NCBI RefSeq assembly: GCF_000315625.1
Contig: NW_005434577.1
Coordinates: forward strand, 160,147 to 224,146
Direction: 5' to 3'
Source: Guillardia theta CCMP2712
Lineage: Eukaryota; Protista; Cryptophyta
Length of the DNA stretch: 64,000 nt
This document shows, piece after piece, positions 36,768 through 49,908 of the stretch. The stretch's first letter is position 1. Each line of letters starts with the position of its first letter. The notes under the pieces are model-generated. The model did not search any database and was not told the DNA's origin. It saw only the letters and a program-made list of their open reading frames with translations. The translations under genes and the position numbers were made by a program.

Positions 36768-39700
36768 CTACACCTCCAAGTACCGTAGCGCCTCTACATG
36801 CCCTCCCTCCTTCGCCAAGTGCGCGCATGTCCTCCCGTCCTTGGCCAGTTTCGCCAGCAGCTCCCGGCCCCCTACCTCCCCCAGGTACTTCAGCGCCTCT
36901 ACATGTCCTTTCTGACTTGCCCAGTGCGCGCATGTCCAGCCTTCATTGTCCTGCTGGGCCAGCAGCTCGCGGCCCCCTACCTCCCTCAGGTACTTCAGCG
37001 CCTCTACATGCCCTCCCTCGCCCGCCTCGTGCGCGCATGTCCTTCCGCGCTTGTCCTGCTGGGCGAGCAGCTCGCGGCCCCCTACCTCCCCCAGGTACTT
37101 CAGCGCCTCTACATGCCCCTCTTGACTTGCCCAGTGCGCGCATGTCCAGCCATCGTTATCCGGCTGGGCCAGCAGCTCGCGGCCCCCTACCTCCCCGAGG
37201 TACTTCAGCGCCTCTACATGCCCTCCCTCGCCCGCCTCGTGCGCGCATGTGAAGCCGTCCACGTCCGGCTGGGCCAGCAGCTCGCGGCCCCCTACCTTTC
37301 CCAGGTACTTCAGCGCCTCTACATGCCCTTGCTTGCTCGCCAAGTGCGCGCATGTCCTTCCTTGATTGTCCGGCTGGGCCAGCAGCTCGCGGCCCCCTAC
37401 CTCCCCCAGGTACTTCAGCGCCTCTACATGCCCTCCCTCGCCCGCCTCGTGCGCGCATGTGCAGCCTTCGTTGTCCGGCTGGGCCAGCAGCTCGCGGCCC
37501 CCTACCTTTCCCAGGTACTTCAGCGCCTCTACATGCCCTCGCTCGCCCGCCTCGTGCGCGCATGTCCTTCCTTGATTGTCCGGCTGGGCCAGCAGCTCGC
37601 GGCCCCCTACCTCCCCCAGGTACTTCAGCGCCTCTACATGCCCTCCCTCGCCCGCCTCGTGCGCGCATGTGAAGCCGTCCATGTCCGGCTGAGCGAGCAG
37701 CTCGCGGCCCCCTACCTTTCCCAGGTACTTCAGCGCCTCTACATGCCCTCCTGCGCAAGCCAAGTGCGCGCATGTCCTTCCTTGATTGTCCGGCTGGGCC
37801 AGCAGCTCGCGGCCCCCTACCTCCCCCAGGTACTTCAGCGCCTCTACATGCCCTCCCTCGCCCGCCTCGTGCAAGCATGTCCTTCCTCGATTGTCCGGCT
37901 GGGCCAGCAGCTCGCGGCCCCCTACCTTTCCCAGGTACTTCAGCGCCTCTACATGCCCTCCTGCGCTCGCTAAATTGGTACAATGTCTTCCTTGTGGACC
38001 TGGTTGTGCCAGCAGCTCGCGGCCCCCTACCTTTCCCAGGTACTTCAGCGCCTCTACATGCCCTCCCTCGCTGAGTAAATGTGCACATGTCCAGCCCTGA
38101 TTGTCCGGCTGGGCCAGCAGCTCGCGGCCCCCTACTTCCCCCAGGTACTTCAGCGCCTCTACATGCCCTGCACCGCAAGACAAGTGCGCGCATGTCCTTC
38201 CATCAATGTCCGGCTGGGCCAGCAGCTCGCGGCCCCCTACCTCCCCGAGGTACTTCAGCGCCTCTACATGCCCTCCTGCGCTTGCCAAATAACAACATGT
38301 CCAGCCTTCATGGTCCGGTAGCGCCAGCAGCTCGCGGCCCCCTACCTCCCCCAGGTACTTCAGCGCCTCTACATGCCCTCTCTCACTTGCCCAGTGCGCG
38401 CATGTCCTTCCTTGATTGTCCGGCTGGGCCAGCAGCTCGCGGCCCCCTACTTCCCCCAGGTACTTCAGCGCCTCTACATGCCCTCCCTCGCCCGCCAAGT
38501 GCGCGCATGTGAAGCCGTCCATGTCCGGCTGGGCCAGCAGCTCGCGGCCCCCTACCTCCCCCAGGTACTTCAGCGCCTCTACATGCCCTTGCTTGATCGC
38601 CTCGTGCGCGCATGTGAAGCCGTCCATGTCCGGCTGGGCCAGCAGCTCGCGGCCCCCTACCTCCCCCAGGTACTTCAGCGCCTCTACATGCCCTCCTGCG
38701 CAAGCCAAGTGCGCGCATGTCCTTCCGTCTTTGTTTCTTGTCGACACATTGGCTCCATGCTTGACAAGCATTTGCATGCAAAGTTTGTATCCTTGTCTGG
38801 CTGCCACGTGCAATGGCGTGTCTCCGTTGCTCAAGGTCTCCGTCACTTTCCCTCCTGCCCGGCAGATCATCGGTATCAGGTCTGCCTGCCCCTGCCGCAC
38901 TGCCGTGAAGATCGGAGACTCCAGCTCCGAGTCTTGTTCACCTCCCCAGATCCCTTGCATTTTGCAGAACTGCTCCGCCAGCCTCTGCCCGTCTTGATCG
39001 CCCGTATCGCTCAGTGCTCTGCGATGCAAGTCTGATATCTTCGTCATGTAGAGATCTTTCATCTTTTGTGCTGCAAGTGCCTCACATTGAAAGTCTCCAG
39101 TACCGTCAAGCCAGAAGTTGATCTTGTTCATCGCCATCTCCTTCAGTCTCGTCGCTTCTCCCATGGCCTGTACGTAGTTTTCATCGACGTTGTACCAAGC
39201 TTCGCCCCGCTTCTTGTATCTCCTCACGATTTCTTTGATTTCTTCCACAATCGACGCACGCAGGTCGTGATGATTGTTCATTATCACATCCAAGGGTGTA
39301 TCTGCCATCCGATCTTTGACTCGCTGCGACTGCATCATGTCCTCCAGGTCTCGCCCGATCTCTTCCTCCACGTTCTTCAGCAGCGCCATGAACAGCTGCT
39401 TCCGCTTCCCCAGAGTCTCCTCTATCGTCGAGCACGTCAAGTTCGCGTTGATCTTCAGCGGCACCACCCGCACCAGCATCCCGTCTGTCTCTTCCACCCG
39501 CGGCTGCTTCATCACCTCCAGGTACGACAGCGGCGGATACAAGATCTCCTTCTCCTCGGGGTACTGCGACAGCAGCTCCAAGTCCGCTCCCCGGTCGATG
39601 GCCCCGCAGCTGATCTCGAACACCGTCGGCAGCGAGCCTTCCTTGGCGTACTGCAGCGCCACCTGCCTCTCCGTCGACGTGCTAAGCATCCCGTACTCCA

Positions 39701-42700
39701 CCCCCCCTGACACCCCTCGCGCGTCCTCCTCCACGAACCTCGCCGGCATCCGCACGCCCTTGAGCCCCCGGTACACAACCCGCGACGAGGGCAGCCTCGT
39801 GGTCTTGGACAGCTTGATCACCCCGCTCACCACGCAGTGCAGGGTCGTGACGTACTTGTTGACCTTGTGCGACTCCGGAAGTCGAAGTACCGCGTTGTAC
39901 TTGTAGTACATGGGGCCTGTCAACCGCGTCTGTCAGCTCTCGTCGCACCTCTACGCGTCTACACGTCTCTCATCCTCTACCTGTGTAGAGCAGCAGCGCG
40001 ACGACTTCCTCCTCCCGCAGCCCTGCTTGCTGCACTCGCTCCTCCGCCATCAAGCCCTCCACGTCGCGGATGCGTCTGATCCCCTGCGAGAGCTGCCGCC
40101 GCATGCTCGGGTCTGTCACGGCCTCCCACTCGCGCTTGGGCGTCGTGACCTCGTTGTGGTTGGGCGGAGTGAACGGCTCCTCCGAGTCCTTCCTGTGGCA
40201 GTGCTCGTCCTCTAGCCCCTTCCACAGGTCTATGCTGGGCAGCCCGATGCGCTCGATGAGGCCCCCGTGAAACTCCTCCAGCCTCCCGAAGATAGCTTCC
40301 TCTCCTTCCTCGATCGAGAACTTCGCGTTCCCTCCCTCTGACCTCCCTCTTGACCTTCTCGCTGATGCTGCCGATCTTCCTGAAACTGCATCCGATGACG
40401 TCACCTGGACGGCTTCGAGCACGTTTGCGATGCGTCTACCGCACGCCTCCTTCGTCTCCCTCGCTAGCAGCCCTGACAAGGGAGACCTCGGGCTGCCCCC
40501 GCCGATCTGCTCTGCGACCCTCCGCAGCACGTCAGGCCGGGCGAGCATGTCCTGCTTGTACGCGAGCTCCCACTCCCTCGCGATCGTCCTCATCGACACT
40601 ACTGCATGTCTCAGCGAGACGCGCGAGGAGGTCGGCCGGCAGGTTGAGACCCAGGCAGAGCTCGCTCACTCGCCCGTGACCTGCCGTCATGTCCGAGTCT
40701 TGGGAGCGACTGAGGTACAAGACCTGGAGCGTGTCGCGCATGTCAGGAGGAAGCGTCCACCGACCTGAGTCTGACGATGACGAGTCCTCGCCTTGTTTCG
40801 CCTTGCCTGACTCGGGGATTGAAGCTTCTTCAAGCTCATGCAGCTGCTGTAAACCGACCTCAGAGTCCGCCTCAGCCTTGTCTGCTGGTCTGCTCTGAGC
40901 TTCTTGCGCGCGTTCGCATTGACTTGGGTTTCTCTCCTTCAGCTCGTCGGGTTGATCTCCCTGGTCTAGCGATAGCTTGACTAGTGCTTGCGCCTCCTCT
41001 CCCTCGATTTGTCTTCTTCTCTTCTTCCTCTGCTCGTCATGTAGCCTATCGGCCTCTCCTTCCTCTGGCTTTCGCTTCTCCTTCTCTTGTCTCTTGCTTG
41101 CTGTCAGGCCTGGCGTCAGAGTCGCCTGCTGCTTGTCGTGATCATCCCTTTCATGCCCATGCCCATGCCCATGCTCAATCCTTTCATGTGCTGACGTCAT
41201 CATCACTTGCTCGCTGGCCTCCTCGTCTCGATGCTTCCTCCTCTCGTCTAGACTATCCGACCCCACCTGCCCTCATGCGTCAGACCCTCATACCTCACGG
41301 CTACATGTACATCCGGCCCTACCCTAGAAGCCGAAGCCGCAGACGAGCCGCCGGTCGTCAGTCTTCTTGTCTTGTTGCTCTCGCCTGCGCATGGCTTAGA
41401 CGATCGTAGTCTATCGCCTCTACCTTACCTCCCCCTTCCTTCACAAACGCCTCGAAGCTTCTATACCCTCCAGGCCTCTCGCACTCCTCCAGCCCTCGGA
41501 AACCCTCTCTCAGCTCCTCGCTCCAGCCCTCCTCGCACTCCCTCCAGTCTGCCCTGTACCCGTCGCTCCTCACGACCCAGCCTGTGCTGCTTATCCACGT
41601 CCTCCAGCCCTCTAGCTCTTGTCTGTCGTTCTCTTGCTTGTTGTGATAGTATTGGAGTAGACAACAGTGCAAGAACACGCTGCTCAGCTTGGTCATCTTC
41701 AGCATCATGACGTAGCTTCTGACATGAACGGCTCTGTCCAGCACATAGAAGTAGAATAAGACCTCCTGACCACCTCCAGGCATCATCTCTTCTCGAAGAT
41801 GCTCTTCGATCTTGTCCATCCCCTCCTCCCATGATACCGACGGGTCCAAGCACCCATCGATCACCTTGCTCCATATCTCCAATGCTTCATCTCGCTCATC
41901 GGGGTCTGATATCACTCTGCGCATCTCCTTGCTGATCGTGTAGTCCAGGATCGCAATGAGCAGCTTGTCGTCCGACATGCTGCGACCTGTCTGACTTGCC
42001 TTCCATGCATCGAACGACGGCGACGAGATCTTGTTCCGTCCAATGTACTCCAGCACGTCCTTGACCAGCTCGGGGCCTACGAGGTTCTTCTTCACCTTTG
42101 TCAGGAAGTTCCCCAGCAGCCTCCGGGTAGAGAACCTCGTGTCTTCGTATCGCAGGAAGTTCATCAGCACGATCGAGCACACCCTCCACCGCGGACTATC
42201 CGCTCGCAGCTCTCCAAGGAAATACTTCACCGCCTCCATCGCCCTGTCTCTGAAAGACTCGGCGTCCTCAGGGCTGTAAGCCAGCACGTACGTGTCTGCC
42301 TTGGACGTGTCTGTGAGGGGAGGATAGCTCGATACGACATCCTTGGCAGCATGCAGTGCAGCTGTACTGCTCCTGATGTCTCTCAGAGCCTCGCCGTCGC
42401 TCACCAGGCAGAAGCCTTCCGGAATGTCACCAACGTTCATCGATACACAAGGTTGAAACTCCTTGCATCGTCTTTCACAGTCTAGTAAGACGCTGTCAAG
42501 CGGTCTGTTGCAAGCGAACATCCCTGTCCCTGCATCCAGAAGCGACCGAAACAGCTTCGACTCGTCGCTTGCTGTCTTGCCCTTGCCGCATGTCAGCAGC
42601 AGAGTCCAATGCTTGGGCAGCGCCTTTACTTCCGGATCTTGCGGCAGACCTTCTGACACTCCCTCGATCTTTTCCCGACAAGCGTCTATGACCACAAGCA

Positions 42701-43838
42701 CTCTCGGATGATATCCTGATACGTCTTGCTCGAAGTCTCTGAAGATCTTGAAAACATCCTTCATTGACAGCATCTTATCACCCATCTCCCGGAATGATAA
42801 CTCTCTCACTTTCTTAACGTCCGTCGGTATCAACATCTGATCCTTGCTCCTTGACTCGTAGATGCCATGGCCCGCGTAGAAGAAGATCACCAGCTCCGGA
42901 CACGCTCCCTCTAGCTCCCTCAGACTACTTCTCAGGCACCCCTTCATCGCGGACAAAGTTGGGTTCGAGCTCAAGACCGAGTGACACTGCGGGAGTGAGC
43001 AGAGCTTCTCATGCAGCTCCGTCGCATCCTCCACGGCCCTCGCAAGCGGCTTGAGCTCTCCCTGGTAGTCGTTGAGCCCCATGCACAGCCCGTACACCCG
43101 AGGAGGCTCCAGGAAGATCAAGTCTGCCTCGAAGCTCCGCTCCGTCCGACTGTCCTCGAAGCTCTGGGAGCGATACGTCGACTGAGCTGACAGAGCGCTA
43201 GCAACACATCGAGTCACTTCCGTACCCTCCTCTCACGCCCTCCTCCTCTGTCTACGCTCTTACCTGTTGCGCCTCGAGAAGCTCTCGTCCGCTCTACCTC
43301 CCTCTAGAGCAAGCGCTATCACTCGCTTGACTAGCTCCCGAGCACCCTCGTCGTCACCGCCTCCTCCCTCGCCAAGCAAGACGGCTTGATCCGCCTTGCG
43401 TGTCTCTTGTCTCCTGCTGCTGTCAGAGCCTCTCCCTCCTCTCCTCTCTATCGCCTTCATCCTAGCACGAGTCAAGCTCCCGCCTGTCGCCCGGCCCGAG
43501 ACAGCCTCGTCCTTGCTACGAGCCCCCCAGCTCTCTGAGGTCATGACGTGCAGGCAGAGCTCGTCATCCGGCCGCTCCTCCTCTCTGAAGCACAGGAGCC
43601 GCTCCAGGAGCGAGTCTTGGCCCTCCAGGTCGATGATGCTGATGAGGCGGGTGGTCTTTCGTTGCATGCCGGCGTAGAGCTTGTCTAGCAAGCGCTCGGT
43701 CTGAGAGACTGGGCTGCTGCTCCATGCCTGGAGGTCTGAGAAGGTCTTGAGGAGAGAGTCAAACCTCTTCTGCACGTATCCCTGCATGGCAGGCTTGATG
43801 CTGCTGCTCACTTCGTCTCCTTGCTTCCTACCCGCCAT
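36768..43838 (-). CDS. Caspase-like / ART / ankyrin protein, unit 3 (full length; 8-nt frameshift in exon 3, possible pseudogene)
   Basis: Same exon structure, with intact GHG/DACR and R-STS-ExE motifs. 19 high-identity ankyrin repeats end in ALRYLEV*. Deletion of ctcgtact at ~40590. Confidence 0.82.
36775..38740 (-). repeat. 105-bp coding tandem repeat, 19 ankyrin units
   Basis: Counted from the 1051-aa ORF; framework GHVEALKYLG(E/K)VGGRELLAQP. Confidence 0.95.
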
Positions 43839-44404
43839 GCTGCCGCGCTCACAGGAAAGGTCCCGGAAATAAACTCCCCGGGCAGCTCCCCGGGGGTGGG
43901 AGGTATGTGTGGGGAATGTGTGGGTTGTTAATTGGGAGATTATGGGTTGTGTAGGTAGTGGGTGGGTGGTTATCTGATGGGTGGGTGGCTCAAAAGGTGT
44001 AACGGTTGGATTGTTTGAAATAGCTGTGGTAACATTTCGAATATTGTACAAGGCTTTGAAAGCCTAAATTGAACCTGCCGGCCCTCTCGACTCTCTCAGT
44101 GATAGTCCTCGATGAGAGGCCCGGTCCGACTTAATCGGAGCGAGTGCCGGGCCCGTGAGCTCTGAGGCGGACCTCTGCCTGCACTTCGTACGTCATGCCG
44201 GGGCAGGGAAGACGGGAGGGAGAGGGAGATGCGAGAGAAGGAGAAGAAGAGACAGAAAGAGAAGAAAGAGAGAGAAGTGAGAGACGATGATGATGATGAA
44301 TCAGAGAGATAGTAGTGAGAAGCGCTGGCATCTGATAGTGATTGAGCTCTGTCGATAACCGGAACCGACGTTTCTAAGTTTCTGCTTCGCCAACGCAAGA
44401 AAGA
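43839..44404. promoter_or_regulatory. Putative bidirectional promoter, long variant
   Basis: Lies between divergent ATGs; contains a ~220-bp G/T-rich segment absent from unit 1. Confidence 0.5.
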
Positions 44405-47400
44405 ATGGAGGAGGAAGTGGGAGACGTGATCTTGACGTGCGACATGGAGGCAGCCGGACCTCTGAGACTGAAGATCGACAGCTTCGAAGGAAGCAAGGAG
44501 GACCTGACCAGCGGCATCCATCCAGAGAATGCAGAGAGTCTCCTCGCCAACCTGTTTGTGGAAGCTCAGATCATGGAGGGAGAGACAGCGGTGGGTCTTC
44601 CCTCCCGCACATGCTACACATCCTACGGGAACCAGTGTCGCTGGAACGACCTGCTGACCTTCAACCACGTGAGGTACTGGCATCTTCCTAGGGACGCCGC
44701 CGTCCACCTCACGCTGCGGGCGCTCTATGCTCCGAGGAAGTACGTGTCGCTGGGGGAAGCGTCGTTCAGGCTGTTCAGCAAGAAAGGACGGCTGAAGAGC
44801 GGGAGGAAGAAGATCCAGGTGGAGTTCTACCATGGCAACGAGACGACCATGGACGCGCAGCAGCTGTCGCCTCCGCCTCACGCGCTGAAGAAGCATGGAG
44901 GAAGCGTTCCGAGCATGGAGAAGCTGGAGAAGCTGATGCAGCGGTACGATCGCAACGCGATGGAGCGAGTGCCATGGCTGGACGTGCTTGCCTTCAGGAG
45001 GATCCAGCAGCTCAACAAGGACGTCGGAGACGGGACTTGTCGCCCGACCATCACGGTTGAGATGGAGAGGTGGGACCGGACGGTGATGTACGGGGTCAGG
45101 CCCTACACGCAGATACCGAGCGGAGGGAACTCGCTGCTGCCCGATCCTGAGCTCGGGTGCGACAACCCCGTCGAGCACAAGCATCGCAAGCTCGCGCGAT
45201 CTCTGCACAGGGCTCACCAGGACCGCAACCTGCAGCCTGACGCGGAGGAGAGACGGCAGATAGAAACTCTCCTCAAGGCCCCATGGGACTGGGCAGACCT
45301 GACAGGGGTGAAGATGAACGTGGAGCACAAGGAGCTGCTGTGGCGGTACCGGTTTGCTCTGACCAAGGAGAACAAGGCTCTGACCAAGTGCTTGATCTGC
45401 GTGGACTGGAATGACGAGGAGGAGGCGGACCAGGCGGTGGATCTACTGCAGGAGTGGCAGAAGCAGGTGACGATCGACATCAACGACGCGCTGCAGATGC
45501 TGTCAGCCGCCTTCACGCACCCCAAGGTGAGGGAGGCAGCGGCGAGGAGAGTGGCGATCGCGGACGACCAGGAGCTGCTCGGCTATCTGCTGCAGCTGGT
45601 GCAGGCGCTGCGATACGAGGGAGGAGGAAGGGAGGGGGGCGACAGCCTGCTGAACCTGCTCATCGAACGAGCGAGCAACAACCTGGAGATCGCCAACTAC
45701 CTCCATTGGTACATCTTCTGCCAGCAGCTGGTGGAGGCGGACGGGAAGGAGGCGCGGGGGCGGCAGAAGCACTATGAGCGAGCGCAGAGGAAGCTGATGA
45801 ACAAGCTTGAGAGCACGGAGAAGGGGAGGTCGATCATCACGGTGCTAGAGCAGCAGCACGACCTTGTTACCTTCCTGACGAAGCTCGCGCAAGAGATCAA
45901 GAACATGAGAGACAGCAGGCAGAGGAAGGTAGAACGACTCAAGTCAGCCCTGGCCTCGACCCACTCGATGATCTTCGGGTCTGCCGGAGGGTCAGCGGGA
46001 GGAGGAGGAGGAGGAGTACGTCTCAACATGAACCCCAACATCATCGCTGTCGGTCTGCATGCGGAAGACGCTGAGGTGATGGAGACGAGGAGAAGGCTCT
46101 GTGTTGTCATGGCGGTCACGAGCTGGTCGTGAGAGTGTGCTGCTGCTCCCTTGCTCTTGTCTTGATGACGCGCAGCTCATGGGCTTGCAGGTCTTCAAGA
46201 GCGCGATGATGCCGCTGGGGATCTCGTTCCTGACCAACACGCCGCAACCAGACGTGAAGGCGGCTGATCGCATCCAGTACAAGTATCGCATCATCTTCAA
46301 GGACGGCGACGACCTCCGTCAGGACCAGCTGGTGTTGCAGATGCTGAGGCTGATGGACAGGTAGGCGAGAGATGCTGGGATGAGAGGGGTATGAGGGGGG
46401 TCGTCAGCGGGGGAGAGGAGGAGGGGGATGAGTTGTTGCTGTCTTGTGCTTGTGACTGGACAGTGTCAGGGAGCTGAAGAACTCCGGACTTGACCTGAAG
46501 CTGACGCCTTACCGAGCGCTTGCGACGTCGCCCTCGACAGGTAGAGGAGGGGGAGGAGGAGGACGAAGAGGAAGAGCGAGAAGATGAGGAGAGAGAGAGG
46601 GAGGAGGAGGTGGAATGAGGAGGAAGCAAGTGGAGACTGACGGGGAGGTTTTCTGTCAGGGATGGTGGAGCGGGTGGACTCATACCCGCTGTCAAAGATT
46701 CTAGCAGAGTACGGGAAGGACATTCGGATGTAAAGGAGGAGGAGGGACGACGGAGAGGGTGAGAGGTGTGGTCAGGTTTCTTCGTCAGCACCATCCCGAT
46801 CGGTCGGGCCCGTTTGGGATCGCAGCGGAGGTAGGCGATGAAGGAGATGAGGAGGAGATGAATGTGCTGGATGAGGGAACTTGCGATGATGATGAGGGAC
46901 AAGCTGACGAGACATGTAGAAGACGATGATGGAGGAGGAGGAGGAGGGCGAATAGGATATGGATGAGGAGGACAAGGAGAACGATCAGGAGGAGAAGCGG
47001 TTGATGTCGAGGATCAACATGAGGATGGAGGACTCGATGACAACGAGGATGAAGAGGGAGAGGGAGATGGTCATGACAAATGAATAGAAGAGAATGATGA
47101 TGATGATGATGATGAGGATGATGATGATGATGAGGATGATGATGAGGAGGAGGAGGAGGCTGATGGTGACGTTTTGTTGTTGGTGATTGAAGGGACGATG
47201 AGCAATCAAACCCTTCAGCCTCTTGACAAGATGTCATTTGTGCAGGTGATGGACAATTACGTCAAGAGCTCAGCAGGATATTGTGTCGTCACCTACTTGC
47301 TGGGAGTAGGTAAACTCGTCACAGATGAGAGTGACACGTCATGGTGGTGGGGGGATTGAACGTTTGCTGATGTCCAGGAGATCGTCACTTGGATAATGTA

Positions 47401-47693
47401 CTTCTGAGCCCAGGTGAAGATGACGAGAGAAGGAGAATCCGCAATCGCCATGTGCAAACCATCACGGAGACATTTTGATCATCATCATCATGTCAATCAT
47501 CATCATCATCATCATCATTATCATCATCGTCATCATCATCGTCATCATCATCATCATCATCATCATTATCATTATCATCTCAATCATCATCATCATCATC
47601 ATCATCTCAATCATCATCATCATCTCAATCATCATCATCATCTCAATCATCATCATCATCTCAATCATCATCATCATCTCAATCATCATCATT

Positions 47694-47756
<63 letters not shown>

Positions 47757-48590
47757 TCAATCATCATCATCATTATCCTCATCATCATAATCATCATGGT
47801 GTTTCAATGATCGTTTCATCAGGAGGGTATCTCTTTCACATTGACTTCGGATACATCCTCGGGCGAGACCCGAAACCTCTTCCTCCTCCCTTCAAGCTCG
47901 TCAAAGAGATGGTCAACTCCTCCTTCACCCCGCTACCTCCTCCTCCATCTCGTCCTTATCTCTGCCAGTGACTGCCTGCTGGTGGTTGTCGACTTCTCCC
48001 GCCCTTCCTCTTCTGCCTCCGCCCTTGTCTTTGCCATTCGTTTGTGTATGCTTTCCTTTCTACTGCTGCTTCTGTTTTGCTTTCCTCTCTCTCTTTGTCT
48101 CTGTACTGGTTGCCTGTGGCTCTAATCTATGTTTCCCCTCCTCTCCTTGATCATTTCTTCTGTTTGTTTCTTCCACTCTCTCTGTCTCTCTGTCTCTCCG
48201 TCTCTCTGTTTCTCGACTCACGTCGGATCAGGTCGACGCCATGGGCGGGCAGCAGAGTCAGTATTATCGTCTCTTCCAGCAGTACTGCAGTGAAGCCTAC
48301 ATCATCTTGCGTCGACGAGCGGAGTTCTTCATCAACCTGATGATGCTGATGAAGGTGATGGAGACGAAGAGGAAGGAAGAGGAGGAGGAGCAAGAGGAGG
48401 ACGAGGACGAGGAATGAGAAGAAGGGGCAAGAGAGAGAGCGAGGGAGCAATAGTGGTGTAGTAGTGGGTGATAGTGGTGTAGTAGTGGGAGGAGGAGGAC
48501 AAGGAATGGAACGGACGAAGGCGAGGGAGAGAAAGAGACGGAGGAGAAAAGAGATCAGCGGGCAGAGAAGGAGAGCGACTCAGAAATGAA

Positions 48591-48631
<41 letters not shown>

Positions 48632-49556
48632 GGAGCAGGAGGATGTGAAGGGACAACGAGGGACCTCTTGGAGCCGAGCATGACAATGATGATGAGGGAG
48701 AGCGAGACGGAGGAGGGATCGATCACGATGGTGATGGTTGAGTCTTGTTGCTGTGCTCACAGCTTGTCGATGATGTTGCTCGTCAGCGTCTGCCTGACTG
48801 ACTCTCTCTCAGGACGCCAACATCCCGGACATCTCAGGGGTGCCAGGAAGGTAAAGACTTGCTGCTGCTAGACGAGAGGTCTTGTCACGTGTCGTCGCAG
48901 ACCTGAAGACCCTGAGCGACAACTGTACAAGGNNNNNNNNNNNNNNNNNNNNNNNNNNNNNNNNNNNNNNNNNNNNNNNNNNNNNNNNNNNNNNNNNNNN
49001 NNNNNNNNNNNNNNNNNNNNNNNNNNNNNNNNNNNNNNNNNNNNNNNNNNNNNNNNNNNNNNNNNNNNNNNNNNNNNNNNNNNNNNNNNNNNNNNNNNNN
49101 NNNNNNNNNNNNNNNNNNNNNNNNNNNNNNNNNNNNNNNNNNNNNNNNNNNNNNNNNNNNNNNNNNNNNNNNNNNNNNNNNNNNNNNNNNNNNNNNNNAA
49201 GGGAGGCAAGGAAGGAAGGGAGGGAGAGATGAGAGTGCAGGGAAGGGAAGGGACTCAAGNNNNNNNNNNNNNNNNNNNNNNNNNNNNNNNNNNNNNNNNN
49301 NNNNNNNNNNNNNNNNNNNNNNNNNNNNNNNNNNNNNNNNNNNNNNNNNNNNNNNNNNNGAGGGAACGGCCCGGTCCAGCAGACGCGCCAGCTCGCGCTG
49401 GAGGAGAGACTGACGGGGGCGCAGGCTCTGATCTATCAAAGTCAGACAGCGTTTGTACCTCAGGTCAGCTGGGTCGCGAGGAAAGGATGAGAGTGACGAG
49501 GGTTGCAGATGGTGGAATGGGCGCACAAGCTGAAACAAGACTACTGGACTGCATGA
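44405..49556 (+). CDS. VPS34: Vps34 class III PI3K, copy D (exon 12 falls in a gap)
   Basis: Same exons and motifs as copy B; one fewer Gly in the poly-G run; stop 49554-49556. Confidence 0.9.
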
Positions 49557-49908
49557 GGGGATAGCGATGCATGCGGAAAGATAGCAAGATGAAGATAGCA
49601 AGATGAGGAGTGAGTTGAAGCGGAGAGAGAACGACTGTCGGGGACGAGAAGGAGATGTCATGGCAGGAGAAGGAGACAAGCTGAGTCTTGATAGTAGAGA
49701 CAGGAGCCGATGTGAGGAGCCGAGCTGGTCATAGACAATTGTAGCTTCTCTTGGTAGGTAGTGAATGATGATATTCTATCTACCTGAGACGTCAGCTCGA
49801 GATGTATTAGCTCAAGTTTGACACTTCGGTAAGTGTGAGAGTCAATTACACTAGAATATTAGAACAAATATTCAAACCCTTCGAGTCAAAAGGCATCAAG
49901 TCCCGATC

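Noticed and set aside
36775-38740. CRISPR-like repeat/spacer appearance of the 105-bp arrays
   Set aside because: In-frame coding ankyrin repeats in a eukaryotic gene; no unique spacers or cas genes.
36749-38997. Alternative-frame and antisense ORFs over the ankyrin arrays
   Set aside because: Expected from stop-free GC-rich repeats with a period divisible by 3.
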